The position numbers and the translations under genes were made by a program. From an uncultured Planctomycetales bacterium (GTDB lineage Bacteria; Omnitrophota; Gorgyraeia; Gygaellales; Profunditerraquicolaceae), in NCBI GenBank assembly GCA_964545575.1, contig CAZJFL010000006.1, positions 25,721-89,720 of the forward strand: DNA of 64,000 nt, written 5' to 3'. The notes under the pieces are model-generated. The model saw only the letters and a list, made by a program, of their open reading frames with translations, searched no databases and was not told where the DNA came from. How positions within the stretch are numbered: position 1 is the stretch's first letter; each line of letters begins with the position of its first letter. Positions 57,823 to 64,000 of this stretch are shown here, piece by piece.

Positions 57823-58528
57823 GCTGATCTTTGCCATAGCAATATTTTTCCTTCTGCCGGTCTTTACACTCATCTTTCTCTGGCATGTCTTAACCAATAT
57901 GAGCTATTTTAAGGTTAAGGACGTGCTCATGGTTAGCGACGGGAAGGTAACAGAACTTTCTTACTTAAGAGGCCGCAACATCTGGTCGCTGGATTTAGAG
58001 AGAGAGTCGAGGATTTTATCCGCAGTAAATCCGAATTATAAAAGGGTAAAGTTGATCCGGGTTTTGCCTAACCGGATTCTGGCGGTTTTTGAAAAACGCC
58101 AGGCGCTGGCGTATCTAAAACTCTATCGCTATTTTTACGTGGATAATCAGCGTGTCCTCTTTGATGCCGCGGAACCCCTGGACCTGCCGGTGATATCGGG
58201 CTTGGGCTCCAAGTTAGTTGATCCGCGTACGGGGGTAAAATATGACGCCAGAGAATTGATGCTGGCCCTGAATATAATCAAGGCATTTAAAAGTATCAAG
58301 CCCTTAAACGCATTCAAGATAGAAAGAATAGACGTAGCTAACCCCGCCGAGGCCGCATTTTTTCTTTCCGCGGGGCCAGAGGTAAAGATCGGGCAGGAGG
58401 AGATTAAAAATAAGCTGAATATACTGGCCAGTTTGCTTCTGCAATCCTATAAAGACCTGGCTGATATTAAATATATTGACTTGAGATTCAGGGAACCGGT
58501 GGTAAAATTAAAAGATGCTAAACGATAA
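57791..58528 (+). CDS. ftsQ: Cell division protein FtsQ (POTRA)
   Basis: N-terminal TM, then POTRA and a beta domain. Position between ddl and ftsA. Confidence 0.7.
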   Translation: MKKQKPRFPVRLIFAIAIFFLLPVFTLIFLWHVLTNMSYFKVKDVLMVSDGKVTELSYLRGRNIWSLDLERESRILSAVNPNYKRVKLIRVLPNRILAVFEKRQALAYLKLYRYFYVDNQRVLFDAAEPLDLPVISGLGSKLVDPRTGVKYDARELMLALNIIKAFKSIKPLNAFKIERIDVANPAEAAFFLSAGPEVKIGQEEIKNKLNILASLLLQSYKDLADIKYIDLRFREPVVKLKDAKR

Positions 58529-59771
58529 TTATATCTGCGCCTTAGATATCAGTTCTTCCAAGATCGCCGCTACGCTCGCCCAGCTTAAAGGCAGGCGTAT
58601 CAACAGGCTATTTTTTGATACGCTGCCCTCCAAAGGCATTAAGCGGGGCATAGTATTAAACTGCCCAGACTTAATCAGCGGCTTAAGCGGTTTTTTAAAA
58701 AGTTTAAAAGCCAAATCCGGCGTAAATATAAAATATGTATATACGAATATATCGGGGCAGGATATTATCACCAAGCACAGCCGCGCCATCATTCCGCTTA
58801 CCGAGAGGGGCAATAAAGTCATCACCCAATCAGACATAGACAAGGTCAATGAACAGGCGCGGATACTCGGCTCCAGCCTTGAAGAAGAAATAATACACTC
58901 CGTGCCTTTCGGCTACGCCATAGACTCCCAGAATAGTATTTTAAATCCCTTAGGTTTGTATAGCCACCGTCTGGAGTCGGACTTATACCTGGTCTGTGTC
59001 AAGTTGCCCTCCGTACAGACTCTCACCCGGGCAATAAATCAGGCAGGTTTCGAGATCAAGAACTTGTTTTACTCAGGGGTAGCTACCAGCGCCGCCTTAT
59101 TTAATAAAGAGGCGCAGGCAGGCGTCAATGTCATCTGCGATATCGGCAGCGATATTACCGACCTCTTGGTATTTAAGGACGGAGTGCTCAGGAATATCGA
59201 GGTATTGCCGCTGGGTAGCGATGATTTGACCTTGCAGCTGGAGGATACTTTAAAGATACCCTTTGAGTTAGCAGAAGACCTGAAAAAATCTTACGCCAGT
59301 ATCGGCGATTATAACCAGATACAGGAAGACAGGGAAGTCCTGATCAAGAGGAATAACCTCTATAAGCCGATAAAGCAAAAAATGATTTCCGAGATAGTAA
59401 CTGTTAGAGCCAGGCTTATCTGCCAGGGTATCAAAGAGCGGCTGGAAAATATCGTTTCCCCGGAGGAGGTAGATAATTTTACGGCGGTGGGCAGGTCGGT
59501 GCTGCTGGAAGGGTTTCTAGAGGCTTTGGAAAATAGCCTCGGCCTTCCGGTGAAATTGGGCCGGATTTCCCATCCCGATATATTTCCTTCGCTTGATAAA
59601 TACGATGCCGTTGCCGGGCAGAGATACCTTACTTATCTGGTTTCTTTAGGCATTGTCTGCCAAGCCCTGCATGAAGAAAGGCCATGGCCCCTATCGCTTA
59701 GTCAGCCCGCCGGTAATCCCATCTTAAAGGTAATCAATAAAGTAAAGGAAGTATATCAGGAATACTTTTAA
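58515..59771 (+). CDS. ftsA: Cell division protein FtsA (actin-like ATPase)
   Basis: Actin/Hsp70 fold (…ALDISSSKIA…) with an SHS2 insert. 418 aa. Confidence 0.88.
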   Translation: MLNDNYICALDISSSKIAATLAQLKGRRINRLFFDTLPSKGIKRGIVLNCPDLISGLSGFLKSLKAKSGVNIKYVYTNISGQDIITKHSRAIIPLTERGNKVITQSDIDKVNEQARILGSSLEEEIIHSVPFGYAIDSQNSILNPLGLYSHRLESDLYLVCVKLPSVQTLTRAINQAGFEIKNLFYSGVATSAALFNKEAQAGVNVICDIGSDITDLLVFKDGVLRNIEVLPLGSDDLTLQLEDTLKIPFELAEDLKKSYASIGDYNQIQEDREVLIKRNNLYKPIKQKMISEIVTVRARLICQGIKERLENIVSPEEVDNFTAVGRSVLLEGFLEALENSLGLPVKLGRISHPDIFPSLDKYDAVAGQRYLTYLVSLGIVCQALHEERPWPLSLSQPAGNPILKVINKVKEVYQEYF

Positions 59772-59772
59772 T

Positions 59773-59799
59773 TGACCCACCGCTTTTCTGGTGTATAAT
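59773..59799 (+). promoter_or_regulatory. Sigma70-like promoter TTGACC-15-TATAAT for yggS-proC
   Basis: Starts 2 nt after the ftsA stop. Confidence 0.45.
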
Positions 59800-59825
59800 A
59801 TTTTCGTCTTAAAAGGGCGCATAAA

Positions 59826-60539
59826 TTGATGATTAAGGACAATATCTTAAGAATCAGGCAACGGATCGCTTCAGTCTGTGCCAGAATAAATCGCGATCCT
59901 GCTGCAATACTTATTGTAGCGGTAAGCAAGGCAAGGACAGTAGACGAAATAGAAGAGGCAACCAGCGCGGGCGTAACCGATATAGGAGAGAATAGAGTCC
60001 AGGAAGCCCTTGCTAAATATAACGATATGCGATATGCGATACCTGCCTGCCGGCAGGCAGGGTGCGATATGCCAATCAGGTGGCATATGGTCGGCCACCT
60101 GCAAACTAACAAAGTCAAAGATGCGGTTAGGATTTTTGACGTGATCCAGTCCGTCGACAGCATTCGCCTGGCGCAGGAGATCGACAAACAAGCAGCCAAA
60201 ATCAATAAAATCCAGGATATTCTTATCGAGGTAAAGACCTCCGGGGAAACTGCCAAATTCGGTTTAGATCCTGAAGCAGCCGTGGGTGCGATTAAAGAGA
60301 TAACCAAATTGAAAAATATAAACCTAAAAGGCCTGATGACTATCGCGCCGCTTGCGGACAATCCTGAAAAGGCCCGGCCTTATTTTCAGATGCTAAAGAA
60401 ATTACGCGATGGCGTTAACGCGATATGCGATAAGCGATACGCGATACGCGACTTATCCATGGGCATGACCGACGACTTTGAGGTGGCGATAGAAGAAGGC
60501 GCTACCATGGTCAGATTAGGTAGAGCTATATTTGAGTAG
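59826..60539 (+). CDS. yggS: PLP homeostasis protein YggS/YlmE (alanine-racemase N-domain fold)
   Basis: …VSKARTVDEIEEA…GENRVQEA…WHMVGHLQTNK…GMTDDFE motifs. Confidence 0.85.
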   Translation: MMIKDNILRIRQRIASVCARINRDPAAILIVAVSKARTVDEIEEATSAGVTDIGENRVQEALAKYNDMRYAIPACRQAGCDMPIRWHMVGHLQTNKVKDAVRIFDVIQSVDSIRLAQEIDKQAAKINKIQDILIEVKTSGETAKFGLDPEAAVGAIKEITKLKNINLKGLMTIAPLADNPEKARPYFQMLKKLRDGVNAICDKRYAIRDLSMGMTDDFEVAIEEGATMVRLGRAIFE

Positions 60540-60560
60540 TAAGATAAAAGTGTTGCAGCA

Positions 60561-60641
60561 GGGACTGTCCCCGAAGAATGCAAGTTAGGCACCCAAACCT
60601 ATCGGATGGTTTGGTGCCCCGCCTCCTGCGGGGACTGTCCC
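60561..60641. repeat. Paired palindromes GGGACTGTCCCC … GGGGACTGTCCC (family 3), copy 2
   Basis: Same palindrome pair as 6006-6054. The interior holds the hairpin GGCACCcAAACC…GGTTTgGTGCC. It lies inside the ORF-track 5' extension of proC. Confidence 0.55.
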
Positions 60642-60652
60642 GACCAGAACAT

Positions 60653-61483
60653 ATGAAAAAAACAATCGGTATAATCGGTTTCGGTAATATGGGTAGCGCA
60701 ATCGCAGAAAAACTAAAATCCCATTACCGGATTTGCGTTTTCGATAAAGATAAAAATAAAACTGCAGGACTTTCAGGAATAGAAGTTGCAGAAGATGACG
60801 CGGCGTTAGTCAGTTTGGTTGATACGGTAATATTGGCGGTCAAACCGCAAGATTTCGATTTAGTCCTAGGGTTCTTAAAGAATACAGTTAAGGGAAAACT
60901 AATTATTTCCATTGCCGCAGGAATAACCACGGCATATATCGAAAAAATTCTTGGTGGCATAAGCGTGGTGCGAGTGATGCCTAATATTGCCGTTAAGATT
61001 AGCCAGGCAGAGACAAGTTTGTGTAAGGGTAAAAGTGCTACCGATACAGATTTAGAATTTACCCAAAGGCTATTTAATTGTCTAGGCAAAACATGGATTA
61101 TGAAAGAAGAGATGATTGACGCAGCTACGGCCATCGCCGGTAGCGGCCCCGCATATATTTATTTCGATATGGAGAAAAATAATTACCACGCTAACGATCT
61201 GCCGGAGTTCGTACAGAAAGATTATATTAAACGTTTAACAAAGGCCGCAGAACGGGTGGGTTTTGATTTTCAAACAGCAACTGAGCTGGCGTCGGCTACA
61301 ACCGCCTCTAGCATCAGTTTATCTAAAGTAACTAATCAGTCGCCTGCTGAATTAAGGAAGCAAGTAACTTCTAAGGGTGGGACTACAGAAGCGGCTTTGG
61401 AAGTTTTATCTAAAGGTGGTTCTTGGGAAGAAGCAACTCTGGCAGCTAAAAAACGCGCTCAAGAGCTATCAAAAAAGGAGTAA
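60653..61483 (+). CDS. proC: Pyrroline-5-carboxylate reductase
   Basis: MKKTIGIIGFGNMGSAIAEKL Rossmann N-terminus. The ORF-track start 60578 lies within a repeat element, so the ATG at 60653 is preferred. Confidence 0.85.
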   Translation: MKKTIGIIGFGNMGSAIAEKLKSHYRICVFDKDKNKTAGLSGIEVAEDDAALVSLVDTVILAVKPQDFDLVLGFLKNTVKGKLIISIAAGITTAYIEKILGGISVVRVMPNIAVKISQAETSLCKGKSATDTDLEFTQRLFNCLGKTWIMKEEMIDAATAIAGSGPAYIYFDMEKNNYHANDLPEFVQKDYIKRLTKAAERVGFDFQTATELASATTASSISLSKVTNQSPAELRKQVTSKGGTTEAALEVLSKGGSWEEATLAAKKRAQELSKKE

Positions 61484-61488
61484 TTACT

Positions 61489-62349
61489 ATGTCGCGTATC
61501 GGCATTATCGGTGGCAGCGGTTTATATAAGATTGAGGGAATTACCAAGGTAAAGGAAATAGCGATAAATACACCCTTTGGTAAGCCATCCGGGAAGTTTG
61601 TCTTAGGGGTTTTAGAAGGCAAAGACGTGGTCTTTGTGCCGCGCCATGACGTAGGACACCGTCTATCTCCCAGCCACATAAATTACCGCGCTAATATTTA
61701 TGCCATGAAAAAATTAGGCGTAGAGAGGATTATTTCTGTGGCTGCCTGCGGCAGTTTTAAGGAAGAATTAAAGCCGTTGGACTTCGTAGTGGTGGACCAA
61801 TTCGTAGATAGGACTAATTATGCCAGGGATATGTCGTTTTTTGAGGAAGGCATAGTAGCGCATATTGAATTTTCTCATCCCGTATGTCCGCAGATGAGCG
61901 AGCTAATGTACGCGGCAGGAAAAAATTTAGGTTTAAGGATCCACGATAGAGGTACCTATATAAACATGGAAGGCCCGGCATTTTCTACGCTTGCGGAATC
62001 AAATCTTTATAGGAGCTGGGGTATGGATGTCATCGGTATGACTAATTTCGCCGAGGCAAAGCTAGCCCGGGAGGCAGAGATTTGTTATTCGACGCTGGCA
62101 GCGGTAACGGATTATGACTGCTGGTATCCCGGACACGAATCCGTCTCAATAGAGATGGTAATCAATAACCTGCATAAGAACGTCGAAAACGCCAAGCACA
62201 TATTATCCATGGTTATAGAAGGTATTCCTGAACAAAGAACCTGCACTTGCAAGGATGCGCTTAAACATGCGATTCTTACGGATAGAAAAATGATTCCGAA
62301 GAAGATCCAGAGAGATTTAAAGATTATAATTGGAAAATATATTCAATAG
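61489..62349 (+). CDS. mtnP: S-methyl-5'-thioadenosine phosphorylase / purine nucleoside phosphorylase (PNP/MTAP family)
   Basis: [14 protein letters not shown]-terminus, PNP/UDP fold. 286 aa. Confidence 0.85.
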   Translation: MSRIGIIGGSGLYKIEGITKVKEIAINTPFGKPSGKFVLGVLEGKDVVFVPRHDVGHRLSPSHINYRANIYAMKKLGVERIISVAACGSFKEELKPLDFVVVDQFVDRTNYARDMSFFEEGIVAHIEFSHPVCPQMSELMYAAGKNLGLRIHDRGTYINMEGPAFSTLAESNLYRSWGMDVIGMTNFAEAKLAREAEICYSTLAAVTDYDCWYPGHESVSIEMVINNLHKNVENAKHILSMVIEGIPEQRTCTCKDALKHAILTDRKMIPKKIQRDLKIIIGKYIQ

Positions 62350-62350
62350 C

Positions 62351-64000
62351 ATGGACTATAAATCTACCCTAAATCTACCCAAGACTGATTTCCCCATGAA
62401 AGCGGATCTGCCCAAGCGCGAACCACTTTTCTTAAAAGCCTGGCAGGATAAGGATATTTATAAACTTATCCGCCGTAAGTCAGAGGGGAAGACCAAATAC
62501 GTCCTTCATGACGGCCCGCCTTATGCCAACGGAGACATACATATCGGCCATGCCTTGAATAAAACGCTCAAAGATATTATAGTAAAATATAAGACCATGC
62601 AGGGGTTTGATTCTGCGTATGTCCCCGGATGGGATTGCCACGGTTTGCCTATTGAGTATCAGCTTCTTAAGGAGTTAGGCAAAAGCAAGGGGCAGGTTGA
62701 ACGTGAACGCGTGGAGTTTAGAAAGAAGGCATATGACTATGCTTTAAAATATGTAGAGACGCAGAAAGAGCAATTCAAGCGCCTAGGTGTATTTGGGGAT
62801 TGGGAGAATCCTTATCTGACTTTATCTAAGGATTATGAAGAGGCGATAGTAAGGTCCTTTGGTGAATTGGTCAAGAGAGGTTACGTCTATCGGGGATTGA
62901 AGCCGGTGAACTGGTGTTATGTGTGTGAGACTGCTCTTGCAGAAGCAGAGGTAGAATACGAAGACCATGCCTCGCCTTCAATTTATGTCAAATTTGAAAT
63001 CATCGGTCTGCAGAATAAAATATCAGATATTCCCAAAACGCAAAAAGTCTATGCTGTGGTCTGGACTACTACGCCCTGGACGTTAATCGCTAATGTGGCT
63101 ATTGCAGTTAACCCTGTTTTTCGATATGTATTAGTAGAAGCTAATAATGAAATTTGGTTGATGCAAGAGGATTTGATTAAACTGGTAATGGAAAAATTAG
63201 GTATCCATGAATATGTAATAAAACATTATATTGTCGGTAAGGAATTGGAATATTTAGCCTATAAAGACATTTTTGACCGCCGTTCGGGCCGTCATTTTGT
63301 TTTAGCGGATTATGTTTCCAAAGAAGAAGGGACAGGTTGCGTGCATACTGCGCCCGGGCATGGCCAGGAAGATTATCTTACGGGCGAGAAATATAAATTA
63401 GAGACAGTAATGCCCGTCGATAGAAAAGGCATATTTTTCCAGGATATAGCGATGGAGGAATTTAAGGGGCAGCATGTTTTTGATGCCAATAAAGGCATAA
63501 TAGAGAAGTTAAAGAAACAGGGGAGTCTTTTGCATGCGGAGCAGGTTACCCATACTTATCCGCACTGCTGGCGTTGCAAGACGCCGATTATCTTTCGTGC
63601 CACAGAACAGTGGTTTCTGTCGATTGATAAGGATGGTCTAAGAGATAAGCTTATAGATGCAATAGAGCATCATGTGGAATGGATTCCGGCTGCAGGTAGG
63701 GAAAGGATTTCTGCAATGGTAAAGCTTCGCCCCGACTGGTGTCTTTCCCGCCAGAGATATTGGGGAGTGCCAATTCCGGCCTTGGTTTGTGATAGTTGCG
63801 GGAAAGAATTGCCTCTGGATCCTGCGGTTATAGATAAATTTGCTGAGTATGTAGCAACAGAGGGATCGGATTGCTGGTTTATAAGAAACACCAAAGATTT
63901 CCTTCCTGAAGGGTATGTATGTCCGGAATGTAAAAAGAAAAGCACATTCTTAAAATCGAACGATATCCTCGATGTCTGGTTTGATTCCGGCGTAAGCAGC
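62351..64000 (+). CDS. ileS: Isoleucyl-tRNA synthetase, 3'-partial
   Basis: [18 protein letters not shown]…[19 protein letters not shown] (HIGH motif). Open to the window end. Confidence 0.9.
   Translation, partial: MDYKSTLNLPKTDFPMKADLPKREPLFLKAWQDKDIYKLIRRKSEGKTKYVLHDGPPYANGDIHIGHALNKTLKDIIVKYKTMQGFDSAYVPGWDCHGLPIEYQLLKELGKSKGQVERERVEFRKKAYDYALKYVETQKEQFKRLGVFGDWENPYLTLSKDYEEAIVRSFGELVKRGYVYRGLKPVNWCYVCETALAEAEVEYEDHASPSIYVKFEIIGLQNKISDIPKTQKVYAVVWTTTPWTLIANVAIAVNPVFRYVLVEANNEIWLMQEDLIKLVMEKLGIHEYVIKHYIVGKELEYLAYKDIFDRRSGRHFVLADYVSKEEGTGCVHTAPGHGQEDYLTGEKYKLETVMPVDRKGIFFQDIAMEEFKGQHVFDANKGIIEKLKKQGSLLHAEQVTHTYPHCWRCKTPIIFRATEQWFLSIDKDGLRDKLIDAIEHHVEWIPAAGRERISAMVKLRPDWCLSRQRYWGVPIPALVCDSCGKELPLDPAVIDKFAEYVATEGSDCWFIRNTKDFLPEGYVCPECKKKSTFLKSNDILDVWFDSGVSS

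Noticed and set aside
60578-60652. N-terminal extension of proC (start 60578)
   Set aside because: The extension is encoded by the family-3 palindromic repeat. The canonical Rossmann N-terminus MKKTIGIIGFGNMG begins at 60653.

Overview
This window carries a syntenic, almost entirely plus-strand block from an AT-rich diderm (LPS-making) bacterium. Coding GC looks roughly low to mid 40s percent by eye; this is not computed. Gene order: (1) bamA-skp-lpxD-lpxC/fabZ(fusion)-lpxA-lpxI. (2) A roughly 650-nt GC-rich, hairpin-dense non-coding region at 6.9-7.5 kb. It contains a promoter-to-terminator candidate sRNA and nested long-range helices or terminal inverted repeats. (3) A GH1 beta-glucosidase translationally coupled to a three-domain cNMP-binding/ParA-like/patatin phospholipase. 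(4) A lipoprotein, an NSS-family Na+ symporter and a second lipoprotein. (5) tRNA-Phe followed by a roughly 3.5-kb AT-rich islet. The islet holds small Cys-rich, membrane and OMP genes, each behind a copy of the same palindromic promoter motif. It ends in a truncated tyrosine integrase and a 12-nt repeat of the tRNA 3' end. (6) A SAM-MTase-like gene, a CrtI-like FAD oxidoreductase and cspA(-). (7) rpsO-pnp-ftsK-rodZ-rimO-pgsA-pgpA, with thpR and cinA on the minus strand. (8) An FMN riboswitch carrying an unusual tandem insertion, then ribBA-ribH-nusB-PHP-ribD-ribE. (9) tRNA-Pro with a 22-nt perfect duplication of its 3' end. (10) acyP, a metallophosphoesterase, ligA, a lipoprotein, an MBL hydrolase, xerC/D, a CCA/PAP-family enzyme, rbfA, nrnA and ribF. 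(11) A complete dcw cluster: mraZ (with AAAGTGG MraZ boxes)-rsmH-ftsL-ftsI-murE-murF-mraY-murD-ftsW-murG-murC-murB-ddl-ftsQ-ftsA. It has no ftsZ in the canonical slot and is followed by yggS-proC-mtnP-ileS(partial). Across the window I found at least three families of short dispersed palindromic intergenic repeats, and recurring (ATATCGC)n heptamer arrays inside coding sequences. No rRNA or CRISPR arrays were found. Hand-derived coordinates for non-ORF features may be off by 1-2 nt.
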